Below are positions 55,201 through 64,000 of a stretch of 64,000 nt of DNA, one piece after another. How positions within the stretch are numbered: position 1 is the first letter of the stretch; every line of letters starts with the position of its first letter. The position numbers were made by a program, and so were the translations under genes. The stretch covers positions 2,304,001 to 2,368,000 of the forward strand of contig OZ219856.1 in assembly GCA_964291395.2 (NCBI GenBank), given 5' to 3'. Origin of the DNA: Alphaproteobacteria bacterium (lineage in GTDB: Bacteria; Pseudomonadota; Alphaproteobacteria; UBA2966). The notes under the pieces are model-generated. The model made no database searches, was not told the DNA's origin, and saw nothing but the letters and a program-made list of their open reading frames with translations.

Positions 55201-56952
55201 TTACGCGACAGGTTCGGCCGCACGGTGTTCGCGCAACGCGCGGCGGCGCGCCTCCGTCTTCTTCGCATCGACGAAGGCCCCGGATGCGTCGAGCACGACG
55301 CCATAGGTATCCCGAGCGGCCTCGACGCTCACGATCCCGTCGCCGACATCGCGCAGCACCCGATCCGGGTCGCGCTCCAGCGGATCCCCCCAACCGCCGC
55401 CGCCGCCGGAAACCAGCTCGAGACGCGACGGCTCGATGTCGATGACGCCGTACGTGGGCGTCACGTAGGTCTCGCCGCCGCGCGGCGTCAGCGTGACCCT
55501 GGAGGTGGTGCCCCCCATGCCGCCATTGCTTCCGTGAGCCCAGGATTTCTTGACGGATTCGGCCCGGAACGAGATCTCCGAAGGGAACAGGATATCGGCG
55601 ACATAGTTGACCCCGGGGCCACCCCGGTACTTTCCGGCGCCGGCACCGTCAAGGCGCAGTTCCTGACGCTGAACGCGGACCGGATAGAGCTGCTCGCTCA
55701 TCTCGGCATTGGGCAGAATCAGGGCTCCGAACGCGCACAACGGCCCGATCTGAGGGAATCCGTCACGCCCCTCGACGGCTCCGCCACCCGAACCGCCACC
55801 CCAGTGATACATGGTCGAAACGCGCCCGTCGTAGCCCGCGGCGGAGGACAGCGGGAACGCGTTCATGCCCCAGCCCGCGCAGGCCCGGGACGGGTCCGCC
55901 TGGCCGAGGGCCTGCCAGATCGCGTGGATGATCTGGTGCGCCGGAAACACGGTGCACATGGTCATGGGAGCGGGCGGCCGGGCGTTCGCGAGCGAGCCTT
56001 CGGGCGCGATGACGGTCACGCCGCGGAAGGTACCCTCGTTCCGGGGGATCGAAGGGTCGAAAAAGGTGGAGAGCGCCGAGAATACGGACGAATACGTGTT
56101 GGCGACAGAGCTGTTCTTGAAGCCTCGGATCTGATCCGCCGTCCCCGTGAAATCGACGCTCATCTCATCGCCGCCGATGGTGACCTTGACACGGATCGGC
56201 AGCTCAACGTCGTCGAAGCAGTCGTCGTCAAATCCCGATTCGGCTTCGTAGACGCCGTCGGGGAGTTGCGAGATGGCCTGGCGCATCAGGGTATCGCCGT
56301 GATCAAGCACGCCGGCGAAGCACCGGCGCCCCTCTTCCAGGCCGAAACGCTCCATGGTCTCGATGACGAGCTCCCGGCCGATGTCGGTCGAGCCGGTCAT
56401 GGCACGCAGGTCGCCGTCCATGAAATGGGGCATGCGCGAATTCAGGATGAGGAGCTGCCACAGATCCTTTCGGGTCTCGCCCCGCTCGATGAGACGCAAG
56501 GGGGGGAGGCGAAGACCTTCGTGCCAGATCTCGGTCGCCGAGGAGTTATATGTCCCGGCCGCACCACCGCCGATATCCGACTGATGAGCGCGGTTGCACG
56601 TGAACGCCACCAACCGGGAGTCCACGAAGACCGGCCGGGCGATCACCCAATCAGGCAGGTGGTTACCGCCGGCGACATACGGATCGTTGAGGACGAAGAC
56701 GTCGCCGTCCGACATGTCACCGCCGAAGACCTCCAGGAGCGCCCGAATCGCGAAGCCCCCGCCGCCCGTGTGAATAGGAATTCCATCGGCCTGCGACACG
56801 AGGTTGCCGTTCTCGTCGGCGACGAAGCACGAAAAATCATGGGATTGATTGAAGATCGGGCTACGGGAGGTGCGGATCATCACCCAGCCCATCTGCCGGG
56901 CGATGTAGTCGAGCCGGTTCTGAAACAGCGCCAATGTGATGGGATCGGTCAC
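55201..56952 (-). CDS. Hydantoinase B/oxoprolinase family protein
   Basis: GTG start; NDPYVAGGNHLPD, HQSDIGGG, GDLRAM, DFTGT, GAGKYRGG, GGGGGWGDP. Confidence 0.92.
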   Translation of the reverse strand: MTDPITLALFQNRLDYIARQMGWVMIRTSRSPIFNQSHDFSCFVADENGNLVSQADGIPIHTGGGGFAIRALLEVFGGDMSDGDVFVLNDPYVAGGNHLPDWVIARPVFVDSRLVAFTCNRAHQSDIGGGAAGTYNSSATEIWHEGLRLPPLRLIERGETRKDLWQLLILNSRMPHFMDGDLRAMTGSTDIGRELVIETMERFGLEEGRRCFAGVLDHGDTLMRQAISQLPDGVYEAESGFDDDCFDDVELPIRVKVTIGGDEMSVDFTGTADQIRGFKNSSVANTYSSVFSALSTFFDPSIPRNEGTFRGVTVIAPEGSLANARPPAPMTMCTVFPAHQIIHAIWQALGQADPSRACAGWGMNAFPLSSAAGYDGRVSTMYHWGGGSGGGAVEGRDGFPQIGPLCAFGALILPNAEMSEQLYPVRVQRQELRLDGAGAGKYRGGPGVNYVADILFPSEISFRAESVKKSWAHGSNGGMGGTTSRVTLTPRGGETYVTPTYGVIDIEPSRLELVSGGGGGWGDPLERDPDRVLRDVGDGIVSVEAARDTYGVVLDASGAFVDAKKTEARRRALREHRAAEPVA

Positions 56953-57061
56953 GTGTCTCCCTCCACGCAGGTTGCAGGGGGGTTCATTCTAGAACGGTTC
57001 CGGTTCGGCCGGAATCGCTTCGGTGGGGTCCGACCCCACTCTCGCTCACGACCACGCGGCA

Positions 57062-58812
57062 TCAACCGGCCACTTCCGTACCCCGGGCCTCGCGCAACGA
57101 TCGGCGCAGGCAGACGGTCCGCTCGACATCCACGCACCCGTCCGATGCATCCAGCACGACGCCGTATGTGTCGCGCGCCGCTTCCACGCTGACGACCTCG
57201 TCGCAGATGTCCCTCAGCACGCAGTCGGGATCGCGGTCGAGCGGATCACCGCAACCGCCGCCACCGCCCGACGTCAGCTCGACGCGGATGGGCTCGAATC
57301 TCCTGATGCCGTAGTGCGGTCCGAGGAACGCCGGTTTGCCGTTCGGCACGAGGCGCAGCGAATTGACTTTCCGACTCCGCCTCCGTTGACCCCGTAGGCG
57401 CGGGGCACCTCGAGACATTCACCCCGGAACGAGAACTCGGATGGAGCCAGGACGTCGGCGACATAGTGGACGCCGGGCCCGCCACGGTACTCGCCCGCGC
57501 CCGCGCCGTCACGGCGCAGTTCCTGCCGGTGCACCTGGACGGGAAAGAGCTGCTCGCTCATCTCCGCGTTCGGGATGATGAGCGCACCAAAGGCGCTCAT
57601 CGCACTAACCTGGGAAAACCCATCCCGACCGGGCACTGCGCCGCCGCCGGGCGATCCACCCCAGTGGTATGCCGTGGCCATGCGACCGTCACGGCCGATC
57701 GCCGAGGAGAGCGGGAACGCGCACATGCCCCACCCGGCGCAGGCACGGCCCGGGTCCGCTTTGCTCAGAGCCTGCCAAATGGCGTGCACGATCTGCTGCG
57801 CCGGATAGAGCGTGCACATGGTCATCGGCGCCGGCGGACGCGCGTTGACCAGCGTTCCTCGGGGTGCGATCACGGTCACGCCGCGGAAGGTGCCCTCGTT
57901 GCGCGGGATCGACGTGTCGAAGAACGTCGAGAGCGCGGAATAAACCGACGAGTAGGTGTTGGCGAGGGAGCTGTTCTTGAAGCCACGGATCTGATCATCG
58001 GTCCCGGTGAAGTCGATCGTCATCCCGTCGCCGTCCACCGTGATCTTCACGAGGATCTTCAGGTCGACGTCATCGAAGCAGTCATCGTCAAATCCGGACT
58101 CTCCCGCGTAGACGCCGTCCGGGAGTTCTGCGACGGCTTCGCGCAAGAGCCTGTCGCCATGATCGAGAATGCCGGAAAAGCACTCCCGGCCCTCGTGGAG
58201 ACCAAAGCGCTCCAGCGTCTCGACGACGAGCTCACGGCCAATCTCCGTCGATCCGCACATGGCACGGAGATCGCCATCCATGAAGTGGGGCGTGCGGGAG
58301 TTCAATATGAGGAGCTGCCACACGTCCTCGCGAGTCTCGCCCGCCTCAACCAAGCGCAGCGGCGGCAGCCGCAGCCCCTCGTGCCAGATCTCGGTAGCGG
58401 CCGAATTGTACGTGCCCGCCGCTCCGCCCCCGATATCGGACTGGTGGGCGCGATTGCAGGTAAAGGCGACAAGCTCCGATTCATTGAATACCGGCCGGGC
58501 GATGACCCAGTCGGGCAGGTGATTGCCGCCGGCGACATAAGGATCGTTGAGCACGAACACGTCGCCGTCCGACATGTCGCCCCCGAAAGCATCCAACAAA
58601 GCCCGGACGGCGAAGCCGCCGCCACCGGTATGAATGGGGATGCCATCGGCCTGTGACACCAGGTTGCCTGCCTCATCCGCGACGAAACACGAGAAGTCGT
58701 GCGCCTGGTTGAAGATCGGGCTGCGCGCCGTCCGGATCATCACCCAGCCCATCTGGCGCGCGATGTAGTCGAGCCGGTTCTGGAACAGGGCCAGAGTGAT
58801 GGGGTCAGGCAT
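57062..58812 (-). pseudogene. Hydantoinase B paralog with a 1-nt frameshift near 57370
   Basis: 58812-57370 closely matches the neighbouring paralog; the C-terminus (ELTSGGGGGCGDP...SVEAARDTYGVVL) continues in the -1 frame to 57062. Confidence 0.85.
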
Positions 58813-58823
58813 TCACGAATCCC

Positions 58824-60914
58824 CTAGCCGGCGGGCAGGTGGATGAGAAAGTTGTTCGCGCCGTCGATTTCGAGCTCGTCATCGGCACCGACGAACACCG
58901 TGGTCGTCATCTCCTCGACCATTGCCGGGCCGGCGACCCGATGTCCGGGCGCCAAATCGGACCCGGAGTAGACGGCAACCTCCTGCCAGCCGCGCTCCTC
59001 GTCGATCCAGACACGCCGCCGGCCGGACGGCGATGGTGCACCATCGCCTTTCGCCACGTCGGGCACCTTGATCTCCGGAAGGACGCCTTCCGCCACCACG
59101 CGAAGCGCCGAGATGCGGATGAGTCCCTCCGGTTGAATATGTCCGTAGAGACGCTGGTGTTCCTGCTCGAACAGCTCGCGCGTGCGCTCGGTGGAGAATG
59201 CTTCGGACCCGTCGAACCGAACCCGCACGTCGTACTGCTGCCCGACATAGCGGAGGTCGACCTCCCGCAGGACGCGCGCGGAATCACCGACGAATCCGTC
59301 GTCACGCAACGCCCGCACTCCCTGATCCGACAGCGCGATGAACTCCTGCTCGACCGCTTGGGCCCCGACCGTCTCCAGCGGTTCCAGGAATACCCGCATG
59401 AAGTCGTGCCGGACATCCGTATGCAACATGCCCAACGCACAGAAAACGCCGGACAGACGGGGCACATAGACATTCGGGCAACCGAGCAGCCGGCCCACGG
59501 ACGCCCCGTGCATGGGCCCGGCCCCGCCGGTCGCCACCAGGGTGAAGCGGCGCGGATCGTGACCGCGTTCGCTGCTGATCTCCTGCACGGCCTGCAGCAA
59601 GCTCTGCTCGACGAGGCGGATGATGCCGGTCGCGGCATCCTCGACGCTCAAACCGAGAGGCGAGGCGATCCGCTCATCGATGGCCTCGCGGGCGCAGGCT
59701 TCGTCGAGATTTATGGAGTCGCCCGCATAGACGCCGGGGTGCAAGCGACCAAGGATGAGCTGCGCGTCGGTGACGGTGGGCTCGGTGCCGCCCAAGCCGT
59801 AGGAGGCTGGTCCGGGATTTGCGCCAGCTCCCGCGGGACCAGCGTACAGCATGCCGCCGTGATCGACGCCCGCGATGGTGCCGCCGCCAGCGCCGATGGT
59901 GAAGATGTCCACCGAGGGGATGGCGAGATCGTATCCGCCGATCTTGAAGCTCTCCGAGACATCGACGGTTCCGGCACTCATGAGAATGACATCACAGCTC
60001 GTCCCACCGACCTCCATGGAAATGAGATCGTCGGTTCCCGCCGCTTCGCCGTAGAGGCGCAGCGCGCCGACACCCGCGGCAGGGCCCGACAGGAGGAGAG
60101 CCGCCGGCTTGTCCGCGACGCGGGCCACCGAGATGGCACCACCGTTGTTCTGTACCAGCAGGATACCCTTGGGCAGGCCGAGTTCGCGCAGCCGTTCATC
60201 CAGGCGTCTCAGATAGCCGACGGTGCGCGGCGCGACATAGGCGTTCATCACCGTCGTCGAGGTGCGCTCGTACTCGCCGATGATGGGGGCGATATCGACC
60301 GACGCGTACACCCAGTCGCCGTCCCAGCTCTCCCGCAAGACCGTCTCGGCCTGCCGCTCGTGTGCCGAATTCAAGAAGCTGTTGAACAGGCAGATGGCCG
60401 TGGATTCGACACCAGCGTCGGCAAAGACCTTCGCGGCCGCCTTCACGTCATCGACGGAGAACTCCAGAATTTCATTTCCCTCGCGATCGAATCGCCCCGC
60501 CACGGGACGCCGCAGACTGCGCGGAACCAACACGGGGGGATACGGCGTGCGGTGATCGAAGGGATTGGCGCGGTAGCCGCGACGAATCTCCAGCGAATCC
60601 CGGAATCCCTCGGTGGTCAGCAAGCCGACTTTGGCCCCCTTCTCTTCCAGCACCGTGTTCGTGGCGATAGTGGCGCCGTGAACGAACAGCGCGCAATCGC
60701 GGAGCAGGGACCCGAGGCCCACGTCGAGGATGTCCGCCGCCTTTTGCAACGCATTGAATACGCCTTCCGCAGGATCAGACGGTACCGAGGGAACCTTGAC
60801 GGCATGGATCCGGTGGTCGACGTTGGCGAGCACCAGGTCGGTGAACGTGCCGCCGACGTCTACGCCGACATACCAACTGCCGCTTGCCGTTTCGCACACT
60901 GACTCCGCAGACAT
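58824..60914 (-). CDS. Hydantoinase A/oxoprolinase family protein
   Basis: DVGGTFTD, HGAT, LSGPAAG, EVGGTS, IGAGGG, GAGANPGP, GGAGPMH. Confidence 0.93.
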   Translation of the reverse strand: MSAESVCETASGSWYVGVDVGGTFTDLVLANVDHRIHAVKVPSVPSDPAEGVFNALQKAADILDVGLGSLLRDCALFVHGATIATNTVLEEKGAKVGLLTTEGFRDSLEIRRGYRANPFDHRTPYPPVLVPRSLRRPVAGRFDREGNEILEFSVDDVKAAAKVFADAGVESTAICLFNSFLNSAHERQAETVLRESWDGDWVYASVDIAPIIGEYERTSTTVMNAYVAPRTVGYLRRLDERLRELGLPKGILLVQNNGGAISVARVADKPAALLLSGPAAGVGALRLYGEAAGTDDLISMEVGGTSCDVILMSAGTVDVSESFKIGGYDLAIPSVDIFTIGAGGGTIAGVDHGGMLYAGPAGAGANPGPASYGLGGTEPTVTDAQLILGRLHPGVYAGDSINLDEACAREAIDERIASPLGLSVEDAATGIIRLVEQSLLQAVQEISSERGHDPRRFTLVATGGAGPMHGASVGRLLGCPNVYVPRLSGVFCALGMLHTDVRHDFMRVFLEPLETVGAQAVEQEFIALSDQGVRALRDDGFVGDSARVLREVDLRYVGQQYDVRVRFDGSEAFSTERTRELFEQEHQRLYGHIQPEGLIRISALRVVAEGVLPEIKVPDVAKGDGAPSPSGRRRVWIDEERGWQEVAVYSGSDLAPGHRVAGPAMVEEMTTTVFVGADDELEIDGANNFLIHLPAG

Positions 60915-61112
60915 GGGCGCCATCACCTTCGCTTGGCCGTTTCGGACAACACCAGGGTGATCCCGGCAACCCGGTGATTCCCCGGCAAGAGGAGCGTTCT
61001 GTGTAGCTTGCAGGGCGCCGTCAGAGCAACCGGACGGGTGCCGGATCTCGCCCGATCGCGGGATACGGTATGGTTCGACCTGGGCTCACCGGCCGCCTAC
61101 GATGGATCGTCC

Positions 61113-62447
61113 ATGAAACCGAACTCGGATACCGTCTTCCACCGGCAGATCTCGCGCTCGTACCCAGCCGTCATGCGGGGCGAGGGCGTCTACCTTTGGG
61201 ACGAAAACGGAAATCGGTACCTGGACGGAGCCGCCGGTGCGTTCGTCGCCATTCTAGGTCAAGGCGTCGACGAAATCGCGGACGCCATCGACGAAGAGAT
61301 GCGCCGGGTGACATTCGCCTACACCGCATCATTCACCAGCGAGAAAGAGCGTGCCCTCACGGGTAAGCTCGTGGAGTGGGCACCCGACGGCTTCGACAAG
61401 GCCTGGATCTGCACCTCGGGCTCGAACGCCAACGAAACGGCGATCAAGCTCGCGCGGCAGTACCACCTCATCTCGGGAAATCCCGGCAAGTACCGCATCG
61501 TCGCGCGAAAACACAGCTACCACGGCAGTTCAATGGGTGCCCTTTCACTGACCGGCGCGGAGCCGCGTCGGGCACCCTTTGAGCCGCTGCTGCTCGATTT
61601 CCCGCATATTTCCCCGCCCAACTGCTATCGGTGCCCCCTCGATCTCACCTACCCCGCGTGCGCCGCAGCGTGCGCCAACGAACTGGAAGAGGTCATCGAG
61701 CAGGCCGGGCCGGAGACCGTCTCGGCGTTCATCGTCGAACCCATGGCCGGAGGACCCCTCGGCGCACTCGTTACGCCGCCGGAATACCTGCAGTCGGTTC
61801 GCGAGATCTGCGACCGGCATGACGTTCTCCTGATCGCCGACGAGGTCATTTCGGGGATCGGCCGCACGGGCCGCAATTTCGCCATTGAGCATTCGGGCGT
61901 GATCCCCGACATCGTCACGGTGGCGAAGGGACTCGGAGCGGGTTACGTGCCCATCGGGGGCGTTCTTGCCCACGAGAGAATCCATGCCGCCTTCGAGACG
62001 GCAGGCACATCCTTCGCGCACGGCGAATCCTTCACCGGGCACACCGCCGTCTGCGCCGCGGGCCTGGCAACCCTCGAATACATCGAGGCGCATGACCTCG
62101 TGCGCCGAGCGGGAGAGCTGGGCGAGTATCTCGGATCGCGCATGGATCCGCTGAAGGATCATCCCATGGTCGGCGAGATTCGGGGGCGCGGACTGATGCG
62201 GGGGGCCGAGTTCGTGGCCGACAAGACGACCAAACGTCCCTTCCCCAGGAGCGAGGGCATTGCCGAACGCGTGGCGCGCGAGTGCGCGGAACGAGGCCTT
62301 CTCATCCTGCCGGGTGTGGCAGGCGCGGATGGAGGCGACGGCGATACGGTGGTTCTGGGACCGCCCTACGTGGTCACGCGCGAAGAAATCGACGCGATGG
62401 TTTCGATCCTCGGAGAAGCGATCCGGACCGTCCAGGCAACGTTGTAG
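61113..62447 (+). CDS. Class III PLP-dependent aminotransferase
   Basis: GEGVYLWD, SGSNANETAIK, SYHG, IADEVISGIGRTG, PDIVTVAKG, RGRGLM. Confidence 0.93.
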   Translation: MKPNSDTVFHRQISRSYPAVMRGEGVYLWDENGNRYLDGAAGAFVAILGQGVDEIADAIDEEMRRVTFAYTASFTSEKERALTGKLVEWAPDGFDKAWICTSGSNANETAIKLARQYHLISGNPGKYRIVARKHSYHGSSMGALSLTGAEPRRAPFEPLLLDFPHISPPNCYRCPLDLTYPACAAACANELEEVIEQAGPETVSAFIVEPMAGGPLGALVTPPEYLQSVREICDRHDVLLIADEVISGIGRTGRNFAIEHSGVIPDIVTVAKGLGAGYVPIGGVLAHERIHAAFETAGTSFAHGESFTGHTAVCAAGLATLEYIEAHDLVRRAGELGEYLGSRMDPLKDHPMVGEIRGRGLMRGAEFVADKTTKRPFPRSEGIAERVARECAERGLLILPGVAGADGGDGDTVVLGPPYVVTREEIDAMVSILGEAIRTVQATL

Positions 62448-62471
62448 TCGAGACGTAGCCGACGGAGGCCG

Positions 62472-64000
62472 TTACTCGGCCAGGGCCGGCACCTTGGATC
62501 CGCTCCGTCCCCCCTTCTTGGGCTTTTGGGGGGGCGCGGGCTCCTCGTACTCGAAGACGACCTCGTCATCCTTGATGTCCACGGTGACCCGTCCGCCGTT
62601 TTCGAGCTTGCCGAACAGCACTTCCTCGGACATCTGCCGCTTGACGTGTTCCTGGATGACGCGGCCGAGCGGCCTGGCACCGAACGCCCTGTCGTATCCC
62701 TTCTCGCCCAGCCAGCGGCGGGCCGCATCGGTCGCGTCGATCTCCACGTTGCGATCCTGCAGTTGGGCTTCCAGTTGCAACAGGAACTTGTCGACGATCT
62801 GCATCATGATTTCGGGGGTCAGATGTGCGAAGGCGATGGTGGAGTCCAGCCGGTTTCGGAATTCCGGCGTGAACAGTCGCTTGATCGCCTCTTCGTCCTC
62901 ACCTTCCCGCAGCCCGCGCTCGAAGCCAATGGACTGCTTGGCCATCTCCTGTGCGCCGGCGTTGGTCGTCATGATCAGGATCACGTTGCGGAAATCGACG
63001 GATTTGCCGTTGTGATCGGTCAGCTTGCCGTGGTCCATGATCTGCAGCAGCAGGTTGAAGACGTCGGGGTGGGCCTTCTCAATCTCATCGAGCAGCAGCA
63101 CCGCGTGGGGGTGTTGATCGATGGCATCCGTCATCATGCCGCCCTGATCGAACCCCACGTATCCGGGCGGCGCGCCGATCAGGCGGGACACGGTGTGCCG
63201 TTCCATGTACTCCGACATATCGAACCGGACGAGTTCCACACCCATAAGATCGGCGAGCTGGCGCGCGACCTCCGTCTTGCCAACGCCCGTCGGACCTGAG
63301 AACAAGTAACAGCCGATGGGCTTCTCGGGTTCCCGGAGCCCGGCGCGGGCCAGCTTGATCGCGCTCGCCAAAGCGCGAATCGCCTTGTCCTGTCCGAAGA
63401 CCACCGCCTTGAGGTCGCGATCGAGCGTCTGCAGCACCTGCTTGTCGCTCTTGGACACCGACCGCGGAGGAATGCGGGCGATTTTGGCAACGACCGTCTC
63501 CACTTCCCGGACCCCCAGCGTCTTGCGCCGCCGATTGGCCGGCTTCAACATCTGCGCGGCACCGGTCTCGTCGATGACATCGATGGCCTTGTCGGGCAGC
63601 TTGCGGTCGTGAATGTAACGGGCCGCCAATTCCACCGCCGAGCGGATCGCTTCCGCGGTGTAGCGGACCTTGTGGTGCTCTTCGAAGTAAGGCTTGAGGC
63701 CTCTAAGGATCTTGACCGCATCCTCGACCGACGGCTCATTGATGTCGATTTTCTGAAAGCGGCGCAGCAACGCACGATCCTTCTCGAAATAGCCGCGGTA
63801 TTCCTTGTAAGTGGTCGATCCGATGCAGCGCAGCGTCCCCGCCTGGAGAGCCGGCTTCAGGAGGTTCGACGCGTCCATCGCACCACCCGACGTGGCGCCC
63901 GCGCCGATGACCGTATGAATTTCGTCGATGAACAGGATGGCGCCTCCGTAGTTCTCGACCTCGTTGATCACCGCCTTGACGCGTTCCTCGAAATCACCGC
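62472..64000 (-). CDS. clpA: ATP-dependent Clp protease ATP-binding subunit ClpA, 5'-truncated by window edge
   Basis: GDFEER, FIDEIH, LPDKAIDVIDE, GPTGVGKT, RFDMSEYME, LLDEIEKAH, IGF loop, FRNRLD, GARPL. Confidence 0.96.
   Translation of the reverse strand, partial: GDFEERVKAVINEVENYGGAILFIDEIHTVIGAGATSGGAMDASNLLKPALQAGTLRCIGSTTYKEYRGYFEKDRALLRRFQKIDINEPSVEDAVKILRGLKPYFEEHHKVRYTAEAIRSAVELAARYIHDRKLPDKAIDVIDETGAAQMLKPANRRRKTLGVREVETVVAKIARIPPRSVSKSDKQVLQTLDRDLKAVVFGQDKAIRALASAIKLARAGLREPEKPIGCYLFSGPTGVGKTEVARQLADLMGVELVRFDMSEYMERHTVSRLIGAPPGYVGFDQGGMMTDAIDQHPHAVLLLDEIEKAHPDVFNLLLQIMDHGKLTDHNGKSVDFRNVILIMTTNAGAQEMAKQSIGFERGLREGEDEEAIKRLFTPEFRNRLDSTIAFAHLTPEIMMQIVDKFLLQLEAQLQDRNVEIDATDAARRWLGEKGYDRAFGARPLGRVIQEHVKRQMSEEVLFGKLENGGRVTVDIKDDEVVFEYEEPAPPQKPKKGGRSGSKVPALAE

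Noticed and set aside
56985-57040. REP/MITE-like element (CTAGAACGGTTCC..., GTGGGGTC/GACCCCAC palindrome)
   Set aside because: Single partial copy in the window; cannot be supported without a genome-wide search
1-64000. Genome-wide UGA reassignment
   Set aside because: Many genes end normally at TGA; only 39715 shows domain continuity across it

Overview
GC-rich chromosomal window from an alphaproteobacterium (inferred from the backbone dprA-topA-rnr-NUDIX-MFS ... rpmG, pleD, DUF3572, eipB, ridA, GDPD, DUF482 GNAT, clpA). The backbone is interleaved with many catabolic and redox genes: two hydantoinase/oxoprolinase clusters, a Rieske oxygenase, a CoxL-like molybdoenzyme, TcuA-like flavoproteins, a ComA-like protein, SDRs, aldehyde dehydrogenases, a PhyH dioxygenase, an L-amino acid oxidase and a TRAP DctP. 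Three things stand out. (1) A probable selenoprotein that the ORF track splits in two (39250-40482): a stand-alone PrdB/GrdB-like protein with an in-frame UGA in a UxxC motif, a SECIS-like hairpin and an extra C-terminal domain, with no prdA partner in the window. (2) A toxin-antitoxin accretion/decay island (about 9.9-14.7 kb) plus a vapBC module at 20.4-21.0 kb. Most toxins are broken (amber stop, frameshift, fragments) while most antitoxins are intact, and two modules sit between direct duplications of neighbouring DNA. (3) A frameshifted tandem duplicate of a hydantoinase B gene. I recognised no rRNA, tRNA, CRISPR array, integrase or transposase. All family calls come from motif recognition by eye, not from database searches.
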